A DNA stretch of 64,000 nt from an uncultured Pseudomonadota bacterium (GTDB taxonomy: Bacteria; Oederibacteriota; Muellerivitia; Muellerivitales; Muellerivitaceae). The first letter of the stretch is position 1. Every line of letters starts with the position of its first letter. The DNA lies in contig CAWIIP010000002.1 in NCBI GenBank assembly GCA_963836235.1, positions 736,001-800,000 of the forward strand, read 5' to 3'. Made by a program: the position numbers and the translations under genes. The notes below the pieces were generated by a model. The model had not been told where the DNA came from. It saw nothing but the letters and a program-made list of their open reading frames with translations, and did no database searches. Below are positions 30,429 through 38,882 of this stretch, piece by piece.

Positions 30429-30977
30429 ATGAATGAACAGATAGAACTGATCAAACTCGTGGCCAGCCGCCTCGAAGAAGCCGGAATTTCTTACATGCTT
30501 ACCGGCTCAGCCGCTCTGGATTTCTACGCCACACCCCGCATGACGAGGGACATCGACTTAGTCGTGGAATTGAACCCCTCCGACACTCAAAAACTGCGTC
30601 AACTATTCTCGTCCGACTTTTATCTGGATGAACAAGCGGTAACGACGGCCGTTCAACAGCGGACTATGTTCAACGCCATTCACCAGGGATGGATGATCAA
30701 AGTTGATTTCATCGTTCGAAAAGATTTGGAATACCGGAAAGTCGAGTTTAATCGGCGCCAAGCCATGAAATTGCAGGACGGCTCAACTGTGTTTGTCGCG
30801 TCCCCCGAGGACCTGATTCTTTCCAAGCTGGACTGGTCGAAGGAAACTCACTCGGAAGTCCAGAAAAAGGACATCCGAAGCCTCCTGTCCTTAACTCCCG
30901 GCCTGGACTATACTTACCTCAAGAAATGGGCTTTAGCGCTGGGCGTTTCCAAGCAGCTTGAGGAGTTGAAACCGTGA
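30429..30977 (+). CDS. nucleotidyltransferase superfamily protein (putative toxin/antitoxin component)
   Basis: YMLTGSAAL...PRMTRDIDLVV (GS + DxD), KVDF, PEDLILSKL. Confidence 0.8.
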   Translation: MNEQIELIKLVASRLEEAGISYMLTGSAALDFYATPRMTRDIDLVVELNPSDTQKLRQLFSSDFYLDEQAVTTAVQQRTMFNAIHQGWMIKVDFIVRKDLEYRKVEFNRRQAMKLQDGSTVFVASPEDLILSKLDWSKETHSEVQKKDIRSLLSLTPGLDYTYLKKWALALGVSKQLEELKP

Positions 30978-31234
30978 CCGACACATCCCCCGAAATCGAA
31001 ACCGTTTGGCTGGAAATGTGGAAAAAAGTCCCACCTGCGGAGCGTTTTCGGATGGGATGCGAGATGTTTTCAACCGCCAAGGAGCTTGCCCTGGTCGGCA
31101 TTCGCAAGGAACTCGGCCGGGACGACCCGAAGGAGATGCGCCATAGGCTTTTCATGAGGTTTTATGGAGCCGATTTCACCCCGGAAGAATCGGCGCGGAT
31201 ACTGCAACACCTGGATAAAACCAACCCAGTTTAA
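30974..31234 (+). CDS. small helical partner protein of the nucleotidyltransferase
   Basis: MTDTSPEIE...ERFRMGCEMF...RLFMRFYG; GTGA overlap with the upstream gene. Confidence 0.75.
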   Translation: MTDTSPEIETVWLEMWKKVPPAERFRMGCEMFSTAKELALVGIRKELGRDDPKEMRHRLFMRFYGADFTPEESARILQHLDKTNPV

Positions 31235-31244
31235 TTTCGGACGA

Positions 31245-31307
31245 AAGGGTGGCTGGGAACTCGCAAAGCGCGGCGCTGCCGTCTTGACGGGGCGGGATGT
31301 TCGATAA
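31245..31307 (+). pseudogene. direct repeat copy B: orphan 3' end of the radical SAM gene (KGGWELAKRGAAVLTGRDVR*)
   Basis: Same peptide as 30283-30345, with 7 nucleotide differences, all synonymous. Confidence 0.9.
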
Positions 31308-31367
31308 ATCCTTATCTTCATTCTTTTAAAACAAATCAAACCAATAACTAAAACCATATTTTTGTTT

Positions 31368-31376
31368 TGTTATAAT
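31368..31376 (+). promoter_or_regulatory. extended -10 promoter for the DUF262-HEPN pair
   Basis: TGTTATAAT followed by AAGGAG RBS and ATG 31399. Confidence 0.6.
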
Positions 31377-31398
31377 CTGATTTTCAATAAGGAGCCCT

Positions 31399-32424
31399 AT
31401 GCAACCCCCAAGCCCAAAACCGTATTCCATTAACGATTTCATCGAATGGTATGCCCGCGGAGAGATTGTTTTATCCCCCAAATATCAAAGAAGGGCTGTT
31501 TGGTCAGAAAAAGCTCAGTCTTATCTCATGGATACAATAGTTAGAGGCTTTCCCATTCCAAAAATCTTCATTCGACATGACGTAAATATGACCACCAAAA
31601 AGTCATACCGAGAAATCGTCGATGGACAACAACGCATCAGAACCATTTTGTCATTTATAAAAGATGGTTTCAAAATTATGAAAGTTCACAATAAGGATTT
31701 CGGCGGTTTATATTTCAGTGAATTGCCGGGACCAATTCAAAAAAAGATTTTGATATACGACATATCCGTGGATGTTCTAAACGAAGCGACCGACGCAGAA
31801 ATATTAGAGATGTTCGCTCGCATCAACACCTACACGGTAGTTCTCAAAAAACAGGAACTGCTAAACGCAAATTATTTTGGCCATTTCAAAACCGCAGCTT
31901 ATTCATTGGGATTTGAATTTTCCAAATTTTATCTTGCCAACAAAATCCTTAAAGAAAAAGACATCACGAGAATGGCTGAGGCTGAATTAACATCGGAGTT
32001 ATTAATTGTGATTCTTGATGGGATCCAAGACAAAAAGGTTATAGAAAGCTATTACAAAAAATATGATGATACTTTTGACAAAAAGGAAAAGGTCATCAAC
32101 CGCTTCAAAGAAAACATTGATACAATTTCCCAACTCTTCGATGGAAATTTATCGAATACACACTTCTCATCAAAACCTCTTTTTTATTCTTTGTTTTCCG
32201 CCATTAACTCTTTTAAAGATAAAACAAACCTGAGTAAAAATTTATTCTCAAAAATATCTGCTGCGTTAACTGAAATTGACTCCGTATTGGAAAATCCGCC
32301 CGATTTAGTTTCTTCTCGCCTAAGACTATTCATTGATGCTTGCACCAAACATGTAACGGATTTGGAAGCTCGCAAAATTAGATACCAATACATTCTTTCC
32401 GAGATAGAAAAAAGACTTAATTAG
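31399..32424 (+). CDS. DUF262 (GmrSD N-terminal/ParB-like) domain protein
   Basis: PKYQRRAVW, GFPIPKIF, IVDGQQR, MFARINT; AT-rich. Confidence 0.9.
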   Translation: MQPPSPKPYSINDFIEWYARGEIVLSPKYQRRAVWSEKAQSYLMDTIVRGFPIPKIFIRHDVNMTTKKSYREIVDGQQRIRTILSFIKDGFKIMKVHNKDFGGLYFSELPGPIQKKILIYDISVDVLNEATDAEILEMFARINTYTVVLKKQELLNANYFGHFKTAAYSLGFEFSKFYLANKILKEKDITRMAEAELTSELLIVILDGIQDKKVIESYYKKYDDTFDKKEKVINRFKENIDTISQLFDGNLSNTHFSSKPLFYSLFSAINSFKDKTNLSKNLFSKISAALTEIDSVLENPPDLVSSRLRLFIDACTKHVTDLEARKIRYQYILSEIEKRLN

Positions 32425-32431
32425 GCGCCGA

Positions 32432-33049
32432 ATGCCAAGTTTAAAAGTTGTTAAACAAACGTTCCATCGCGCCTTAAATGAATCGTTCGGTTTAATTCGA
32501 AAAGCCAATACAATTACCGCCCAATCTCCTTCAATTTTTTCGCCAAAAGACCTCGATTATATTTATGAGATTTCATTTATTAAAATGCTTACAAGTTTCG
32601 AGATTTATTTAGAAACTTCCTTTATCGGTTATCTCGAAGGTAAATCAACACGCGTGTTTAGACCCAAAAAAATCACAAAATCCCTCTCAAACGAGAAAGC
32701 TTATTTATTAGTGAAAAGAGGAAGAAAATATCCTGATTGGACCACCGTTTCGGAAGTAAAAGGAATGGCGGAAATATTCTTCGATAACGGAGAACCTTAT
32801 TCCAACGCGTTTGTTGGAACTGAAACTCGATTCAACGACATGAAAACCACTCGCAATGCAATTGCTCATACTTCTAGAAACGCGATAAATTTTTTTGAAA
32901 CTTTAGTTAGAACAGAACTCCCCACATTGGCTTCTAATATTTCTCCAGGTCAATTTCTACGTTCTAATGAAACAACTACAAGTACAACCTACATTGAATT
33001 CTATTCCAACTGTCTTAGGTTAGCCTCAGACCAAATTGTTCGTACATGA
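32432..33049 (+). CDS. HEPN-domain putative RNase
   Basis: SFEIYLE helix and RNAIAH (RX4H) motif; AT-rich, coupled to the DUF262 gene. Confidence 0.75.
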   Translation: MPSLKVVKQTFHRALNESFGLIRKANTITAQSPSIFSPKDLDYIYEISFIKMLTSFEIYLETSFIGYLEGKSTRVFRPKKITKSLSNEKAYLLVKRGRKYPDWTTVSEVKGMAEIFFDNGEPYSNAFVGTETRFNDMKTTRNAIAHTSRNAINFFETLVRTELPTLASNISPGQFLRSNETTTSTTYIEFYSNCLRLASDQIVRT

Positions 33050-33221
33050 AATCAATTTCCTGACTCGCGAGAACAGAAAGATGGGTCAAGCTACCATCGT
33101 CCATTTCTCCGAGCCATCCTTTTTTCTTCACTCTTGTGCACAAGGAGCCTGTCTTTTTCGGCTATTGCATCCGTGACTTTTCTCATGCTTGAATGTCTTT
33201 AATTTCCAAGGAGGTGTGCCC

Positions 33222-33701
33222 ATGCCGAAAATGACGACCTGCCTGTGGTTTAATAACGAAGCGGAGGAAGCCGCGCGCTTTTATTGCGGGGTTTTCAAGA
33301 AGTCCAAGATCCTGGACATCGCCTACTACGGGCCGGGGATGCCCAAACCCGAGGGGTCCGTGCTGACTGTGCGGTTTCGGATCAACGGGCAGGAATTCCT
33401 GGCCCTCAACGGTGGCACCGAATTCCGCTTCAATATGTCCATCTCCCTTATGGTGCCCTGCAAGACCCAAAAAGAGATCGACACCCTCTGGGAAAAACTC
33501 ACCGACGGCGGGAAGGAAGTTCAATGCGGGTGGCTTACGGACAAATACGGCCTTTCCTGGCAGATCGTCCCCGCGATCCTGGGCAAGCTGGTATCCGGCA
33601 AGGACAAGGCCAGGACCAACCGGGTCATGCAAGCCGTCATGAGCATGGTGAAACTGGACCTCAAGACGCTCAAACAGGCCTATGCCGGGAAGGGGAAATA
33701 A
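33222..33701 (+). CDS. VOC/PhnB-like (3-demethylubiquinone-9 3-methyltransferase-like) protein
   Basis: TCLWFNNEAEEAARFY, ALNGG, QCGWLTDKYGLSWQIVP; AAGGAGG RBS. Confidence 0.93.
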   Translation: MPKMTTCLWFNNEAEEAARFYCGVFKKSKILDIAYYGPGMPKPEGSVLTVRFRINGQEFLALNGGTEFRFNMSISLMVPCKTQKEIDTLWEKLTDGGKEVQCGWLTDKYGLSWQIVPAILGKLVSGKDKARTNRVMQAVMSMVKLDLKTLKQAYAGKGK

Positions 33702-33741
33702 CGCGTGTCCGAATTGGGTAGTGTATCGGGTTGAAAAAATC

Positions 33742-33862
33742 CGTCATTGCGAGGAGGCCGTAGTAAGGCCGACGTGGCAATCCAAACGTTCCAGAAATTG
33801 CAGTTTTTTGATTGCTTTGGGTTGCCACGTCGCCCGAAAGTCATGGGCTCCTCGCAACGACG
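33742..33862. repeat. palindromic MITE/RPE-like element between convergent genes
   Basis: CGTCATTGCGAGGAG...GACGTGGCAATCC / GGGTTGCCACGTC...CTCCTCGCAACGACG nested inverted repeats. Confidence 0.8.
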
Positions 33863-33910
33863 AATCTAAAATCAAATTTGCAAAAGTCGAGCGTTAGCTA
33901 GTCCTCAACC

Positions 33911-34945
33911 TTAAGGCCGTTCGACGCGGAAGTCCGCGTGCTTGGCAAAACGGGTTTCTCCACGGGGATGAACCGGGTCGTCCGACATCCAAGGCCATCC
34001 GCCGAACTGGGTACGTTGGTAGTCCTCGAAAGCCTGCTGAATCTCTTCCCGGGTATTCATCACGAAAGGCCCGTACTGGGACACCGGCTCGCCGATGGGG
34101 CGGCCTTGCAAGAGAAGCAGTTCGGCCTCTTGGCCGCCGTTCTCCAATAAAACATCCATGTCCGGCTCCAGTTCGACCCCGTGGCGGAGCTTCACCGGCA
34201 CGCCGCCGATAACCATAAAATCCCCCCGGAAGAAATAGAGAGTACGGTTGGTTCCTTTCTTGGCCCTCGGCAAAACCCACCGGGCCTTCGGCTCCATCTT
34301 AAGGGTCCAAATGGCCAGATCGCTTTCCGGCTTGGAAGCCCAGGAATCGGGCGGCGGAGGCAGGGCCTTCTGATCCCCCAGTTGCCCGGCAATGAGGGTC
34401 ACTTCGGTCTTTCTCCCAGCCTCGTCTTTGGCCGTCACTTTTGGAATCTTCTCCGCCCATTGCATGGAAAAATAAGGCGCGACCATCTTCCCCGCCTTGG
34501 GCAGGTTCAGCCAGATTTGGAAAAGCTCGAGCGGGTTGGGATTCTTAGGGTCGAGCAAGGGGAACATTTCCGAATGGTTGATGCCCTTGCCGGCGGTCAG
34601 CCACTGGGCGTCGCCCTGGCCGAACCGGGCGGTGGCGCCAAGGGAATCCGAATGGTCGATGAAGCCACGATTCACGACGGTCACGGTCTCGAAGCCCCGG
34701 TGGGGGTGCTGGGGAAAACCCGGCACGGTATCCCCGTGGTACATGCGCCAGCCGTCCTTGCCCTCAAAGTCGTTTCCGAGGTTACGGCCCTTCAGGTAAG
34801 CCTGGGGACCCAGCCGGTCGTTGCCCGCCGGATAGGCATCGTCGTGGTGCGCGCAAAAAAGAAAGGGATCGGCCGTTTCCCAGGGAAACCCCAGGGGTTG
34901 CACCCGCTTCACAGCTTCGGTTGTTTCTGTCTTTTTGGTTTTCAT
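33911..34945 (-). CDS. pirin family protein
   Basis: DPFLFCAHH, GFPQHPHRGFETVT, AGKGINHSE, QIWLNLP, YGPFVMNT. Confidence 0.95.
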   Translation of the reverse strand: MKTKKTETTEAVKRVQPLGFPWETADPFLFCAHHDDAYPAGNDRLGPQAYLKGRNLGNDFEGKDGWRMYHGDTVPGFPQHPHRGFETVTVVNRGFIDHSDSLGATARFGQGDAQWLTAGKGINHSEMFPLLDPKNPNPLELFQIWLNLPKAGKMVAPYFSMQWAEKIPKVTAKDEAGRKTEVTLIAGQLGDQKALPPPPDSWASKPESDLAIWTLKMEPKARWVLPRAKKGTNRTLYFFRGDFMVIGGVPVKLRHGVELEPDMDVLLENGGQEAELLLLQGRPIGEPVSQYGPFVMNTREEIQQAFEDYQRTQFGGWPWMSDDPVHPRGETRFAKHADFRVERP

Positions 34946-35034
34946 GCCGACCCTCCTGGACTTTCGATGACTCTATCATTAGGTCGTCCGCTCCCGGGAG
35001 GCAAGGAGTTACGCGGCGGAAACCAAGGCATTGA

Positions 35035-35143
35035 ACCACCAAGGCACCAAGGGCACCAAGAAAAGCCAAACCAAGCCTTGGATCAAAACTTAGAATCTCC
35101 TTAAGGCCTTTTTCGTTCTTGGTGCCCTTGGTGCCTTGGTGGT
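35035..35143. repeat. CACCAAG-repeat inverted element, copy 1
   Basis: Perfect 28-bp IR: ACCACCAAGGCACCAAGGGCACCAAGAA (35035-35062) and its reverse complement (35116-35143). Confidence 0.85.
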
Positions 35144-35164
35144 AAAAATGGATTTTTCCTTGCC

Positions 35165-35566
35165 TTACATCCAGCCGGTTTTCCACTGGCGGTGGGAAAT
35201 AAGCACCAAAACGAAAAGCACCAGGGGGGCGATCATATGGAAAAGGGCGCCGTCGTGGAGGGCATAAGAGGCCGAGGCGCCGAGTAAATCAAAGGAGATA
35301 CCCGCGTAGGCCCATTCCTTGAGGGTCGGGAACTTGCCGCCAAAAAGGATCGCGATGGAGCCCAATATCTTGGCCACACCCAGGATGGTGCAAAGATAGG
35401 CCGGATAGCCCAGGTCCGTGATCCCTTTGACATTCTCGGGATTGCCGATGAGCATCATCACCCCGCCCGAACCGATTGCCGATACGAAGAGAAGGGTCAC
35501 CGTCCAATAAATCACCTTGGCGGTTTTCATCCACTTCGCTTTCTTTTCAGCCACGGAAATTGCCAT
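35165..35566 (-). CDS. DoxX family membrane protein
   Basis: IYWTVT, LGYPAY, LGVAKILG, LKEWAYAG. Confidence 0.92.
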   Translation of the reverse strand: MAISVAEKKAKWMKTAKVIYWTVTLLFVSAIGSGGVMMLIGNPENVKGITDLGYPAYLCTILGVAKILGSIAILFGGKFPTLKEWAYAGISFDLLGASASYALHDGALFHMIAPLVLFVLVLISHRQWKTGWM

Positions 35567-35660
35567 TTCGAGTCTCCTTTTAGGAATTGATACACCTCTA
35601 TACTATACGACGAACAAAAAATCCAAAACTGGACATCACAAAAATGAAAAACGAAAGAAA

Positions 35661-35758
35661 TTTGAACCACCAAGACACCAAGAACAACGAAAGACAAAGG
35701 TTTAAACGATATCGAAAGTCGTCATTTTTCGCTTTTCTTGGTGTCTTGGTGGTTCAAA
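35661..35758. repeat. CACCAAG-repeat inverted element, copy 2
   Basis: Perfect 24-bp IR: TTTGAACCACCAAGACACCAAGAA (35661-35684) and 35735-35758. Confidence 0.85.
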
Positions 35759-35768
35759 AGTGTTTTTT

Positions 35769-36299
35769 TTATACTATTTGAATAATCTTGCTGACCGTAT
35801 TCCAATTCCTCGTGGTAGCGGAAACCTTGAACTGCTTTTCGATGAAGGCGTTGGGGAAGCCCCAGCGGCCTCCCTTGAGGGGCAGGGCTTCGCAAAAGAT
35901 ATCGGCCTTCCTCATGCCCAAAACCTTCACCCCGTCCTTTTCCGATACCAGGGGGAGTTTGGGTTTTTCCTTTAGTTCCTCGGCGATCAGAACGACGTAA
36001 GTTTTGGCGTCGGGCTTCATTCCCTTAAAGGGATTGAGTTTGAGGAGGGCCTGGAGTTCTTCCTCCGTCCTCAATAACGCCGGTACCTCATAACCCAGTT
36101 CCTTTAAGAGTTTTTTCTCAATCTTTCCCGCGAGAGTTTTCTGGTCTTTATCCGGGGACTCGAAAATCACGTTGCCGCTTTGGATGAAGGTTTTGACGTT
36201 CTTGAGCTTCAAGGCAACGAACATCTCGGTCAGGGCGTCCATCTTGACCACCCGGCCGCCCACGTTGATGCCGCGAAGGAAGGCGTAGTATTTGATCAT
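35769..36299 (-). CDS. DUF1697 domain protein
   Basis: YYAFLRGINVGG, VKTFIQSGNVIF, TTRNWNT. Confidence 0.92.
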   Translation of the reverse strand: MIKYYAFLRGINVGGRVVKMDALTEMFVALKLKNVKTFIQSGNVIFESPDKDQKTLAGKIEKKLLKELGYEVPALLRTEEELQALLKLNPFKGMKPDAKTYVVLIAEELKEKPKLPLVSEKDGVKVLGMRKADIFCEALPLKGGRWGFPNAFIEKQFKVSATTRNWNTVSKIIQIV

Positions 36300-36308
36300 T
36301 TGATTTCC

Positions 36309-36890
36309 CTAGGGATGAAGTTTCTCGCCCTTGGCGAGCATGGCGAGGAATTGCTTAAACCGCTTTTCCCGTGTTTCCGGCTTTTTAGCGGTTTGAAGCC
36401 GGTAAATGATGGCGTAAACATTCACCCGGTTCAAGCTTTCCAGAAAGGCTTTGGCCTTCTTGTTTTTATTTACTTCTTTCAGGAAATCCTCGGGCAGGGT
36501 GGCCGTGCTTGGGGGGTGGTAGGCCTTGGCCCAACGCCCGTCCTTCTTCGCCGCCTTGATTTGCCGGCGCCCCGCGGGCTTCATCCGGCCCGCTTTAATC
36601 AACCTTTCCGCGTGGACTGTATTGTTCTTGGACCATCCGCTCTTGGGACCCCGGGAAGTGAATTTCTGAAGCCAGACCTTTTCATCATAGCGGTCCTTCT
36701 GTCCGTCGATCCAGCCATAGCAGAGGGCGCCTTCCAAAGCTTCAGCGTAGGTAACCGAACCCGCACCTGAATCTTTTTTAAAAATCTTGAGCCAAATTCC
36801 CGGAGAAGCGGAATGGTTCTGGGCCAGCCAATTTTCCCATTCCCGGAGTGACTTAAAAGGCAGAATAGCCAAGCCCTTTAGCTTTTCCAT
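36309..36890 (-). CDS. YdeI/OmpD-associated family protein
   Basis: WENWLAQNH, ALCYGWIDG, AKKPETREKR; start ATG 36890 with AGGAGG RBS. Confidence 0.92.
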   Translation of the reverse strand: MEKLKGLAILPFKSLREWENWLAQNHSASPGIWLKIFKKDSGAGSVTYAEALEGALCYGWIDGQKDRYDEKVWLQKFTSRGPKSGWSKNNTVHAERLIKAGRMKPAGRRQIKAAKKDGRWAKAYHPPSTATLPEDFLKEVNKNKKAKAFLESLNRVNVYAIIYRLQTAKKPETREKRFKQFLAMLAKGEKLHP

Positions 36891-36908
36891 ACCGGTTCCT
36901 CCTGCCAT

Positions 36909-37013
36909 TTAAACGGGAATAAGAATTTGGGTGACTAATTTTCCCTCGGGGGTAATTCGAGGGTCGTTCATGTAGTTCTCAATACACCAGCCAGGTACTT
37001 TCGTCAATTTCAT
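36909..37013 (-). pseudogene. 34-aa remnant resembling the C-terminus of a GyrI-like domain protein
   Basis: AAGGAGG RBS + MKLTKVPGWCIENYMNDPRITPEGKLVTQILIPV*; the E-x-Y-x-N-D-P...T-x-I-x-I-P pattern is the GyrI-like C-terminal strand. Confidence 0.55.
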
Positions 37014-37180
37014 GATGCCTCCTTGTTTTCATTTTATCCGTCGTGGCGAGGAGGCTTATTTTAAGCCGACGCGGCCATCCAATGTCTTCCAAAAACCGCG
37101 GTTTATGGCCTGGTAGGGTTTGCTTCCTCCGACTAAAACCGGGCTTCTTAGGGAGGCTATCCGGGCGCTATTCCCGGATC

Positions 37181-37217
37181 TTGACAGATGCATACGAAAA
37201 GGCCATATTGATGCATA
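37181..37217 (+). promoter_or_regulatory. vapBC promoter with two GATGCATA operator-like boxes
   Basis: TTGACA-N17-CATATT; GATGCATA at 37187 and 37210. Confidence 0.7.
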
Positions 37218-37417
37218 TGAGAACAACCCTGAATATTGACGATCAACTGCTCAAAACAGCATCCCAAATGACCGGTGTTGAGGAAAAAACCTCACTCGTC
37301 CGCATGGGCTTGGAATCCCTGATTCGCAGCGAGGCCGCCAAAAGGCTCGCCGCCATGGGCGGCAGTGACCCCCATGCCTCCGCCGCACCCCGCGGGCGCA
37401 GGACTCCTAAAGCGTGA
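37217..37417 (+). CDS. vapB: VapB family antitoxin
   Basis: MRTTLNIDDQLL...EKTSLVRMGLESLI...RLAAMGGS; start 37211 or 37217. Confidence 0.9.
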   Translation: MRTTLNIDDQLLKTASQMTGVEEKTSLVRMGLESLIRSEAAKRLAAMGGSDPHASAAPRGRRTPKA

Positions 37418-37782
37418 TTTTGGTCGACACCTCCGTTTGGATCGACCATTTCCATTCTCCCGATAAGAACCTGATTTCCCTTCTGGAAAAACAAGAGGTC
37501 CTCGTTCATCCTTTCGTGATCGGGGAATTATCCCTGGGCCACTTGAAACACCGGGACCAAATTCTGCGTGACCTCCAATTGCTGTCCCGGATACCCCCCG
37601 CCCCGGACTCGGAAGTGTTGGGCTGGGTGGAGAAACAACGGCTTTTCGGAAAGGGAATCAATTGGGTGGATGCCCATCTTTTGCTGTCCTGCCTTTTGAA
37701 TGGTTCCGAATTTTGGACTAGGGACAAGATACTGCTGGTGACGGGCCGCACAACGGGCGTTAAGGCTCATTCGGGCCGTTGA
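37414..37782 (+). CDS. vapC: VapC PIN-domain toxin
   Basis: MILVDTSVWIDH, HPFVIGEL, WVDAHLL, WTRD; GTGA overlap. Confidence 0.93.
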   Translation: MILVDTSVWIDHFHSPDKNLISLLEKQEVLVHPFVIGELSLGHLKHRDQILRDLQLLSRIPPAPDSEVLGWVEKQRLFGKGINWVDAHLLLSCLLNGSEFWTRDKILLVTGRTTGVKAHSGR

Positions 37783-38882
37783 AGTTTCAAAGGAAATCAA
37801 CCTTGAAAAAAACAACACTCAAAATCGTCGTCTTCTCCGCCAAGGGCGGGGGAACGGGCTGCGCCCTGCGGGCCCGCTATATCGCCGAGGCCTTTCGCAA
37901 GCGGGGCCACCAAGCTCTCTTCGTCAAACCCATCCCCTCGCTCCCCCTTTGGTTCGACATGGTTCTGTCCCTCCCCTATTATTTCCTCGTATCCCTTTTC
38001 TCCCGTTTTGACGCGGCCATGGTCATCAAGCCTTACCCCATGGCGGTCCCGGCCCTTTGGTTGCAACGCTTGAAAGGCGCCAAGATTGTGATCGACGTGG
38101 ATGACTTGGATTACGACTATAGCCGCGGGCTTTTCCGGGCCTTCCACCGGTGGCTCCAAAAGCGCTGGCCCGTCTGGGCGGACCTCGTCACCTACCACAA
38201 TCCCGAGCTCTTGACCCCCATCCGGGAATTCTTCAAGGTTCCTTCCGAGAAGCTTGTCCAATTAGCCCAGGGAGTGGATACCGATCTCTTCCGCCTGGAA
38301 AAGCCGAGATTCGAGAACCTTCCCCCCGCCGCCGCCCAACTTCAAAGCCAAAAGGACCGGGGACCCATCCTGGCCTTTACCGCCCACCTGAACGTGGCCT
38401 GCGATTTGGAACCCGTCTTGGAATCCTTCAAACTCTTGCGCCAAACCCTGCCCAAGGTCCAATTGCTGATAGCGGGGGGCGGCCCGGACGAGACCCGCTT
38501 TAAAAGGCTGGCCGGGGAACTGGGGATTGCCGAATCAGTCCATTTCACCGGCATGGTGACGCCCGAACAGGTGGCCGCCTGTTTGGGGCTGGCTGGTACC
38601 GCCCTGGTTTATTACCGGGATACCCCGGTCAACCGGCACCGGGCCTCCATGAAACTGCGGGAAGCCCTGGCCTGCGGTTGTAAGGTGGTGGCCACCGACG
38701 TGGGCGAAGCCGCCCGGTTCAAAAAGGCCCTCTTTCTTTCGAAACCGGACCCCAAATCCTACGCAAAGGCGGTTTTAGGTGCGCTGAAAGCCAAAAAATC
38801 CCCCCAAGCGGGCGCCTTACTGGTAAAAAAGTGGGACTGGATACGTTGCGTGGAACCCCTTGAAAAGGAACTTTCGAAATAA
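37779..38882 (+). CDS. glycosyltransferase family 4
   Basis: DVDD, QGVD, IAGGG, MKLREALACGCKVVATDVGE; start uncertain. Confidence 0.85.
   Translation: MKFQRKSTLKKTTLKIVVFSAKGGGTGCALRARYIAEAFRKRGHQALFVKPIPSLPLWFDMVLSLPYYFLVSLFSRFDAAMVIKPYPMAVPALWLQRLKGAKIVIDVDDLDYDYSRGLFRAFHRWLQKRWPVWADLVTYHNPELLTPIREFFKVPSEKLVQLAQGVDTDLFRLEKPRFENLPPAAAQLQSQKDRGPILAFTAHLNVACDLEPVLESFKLLRQTLPKVQLLIAGGGPDETRFKRLAGELGIAESVHFTGMVTPEQVAACLGLAGTALVYYRDTPVNRHRASMKLREALACGCKVVATDVGEAARFKKALFLSKPDPKSYAKAVLGALKAKKSPQAGALLVKKWDWIRCVEPLEKELSK

Noticed and set aside
30283-31307. Prophage/ICE attL-attR interpretation
   Set aside because: Only about 0.9 kb enclosed, no integrase or phage genes; kept as a gene-end duplication instead
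34181-35104. 307-aa plus-strand ORF
   Set aside because: Antisense to the pirin gene
33189-37782. Integron cassette array interpretation of the small genes and palindromes
   Set aside because: No RYYYAAC...GTTRRRY attC cores, mixed gene orientation, no intI
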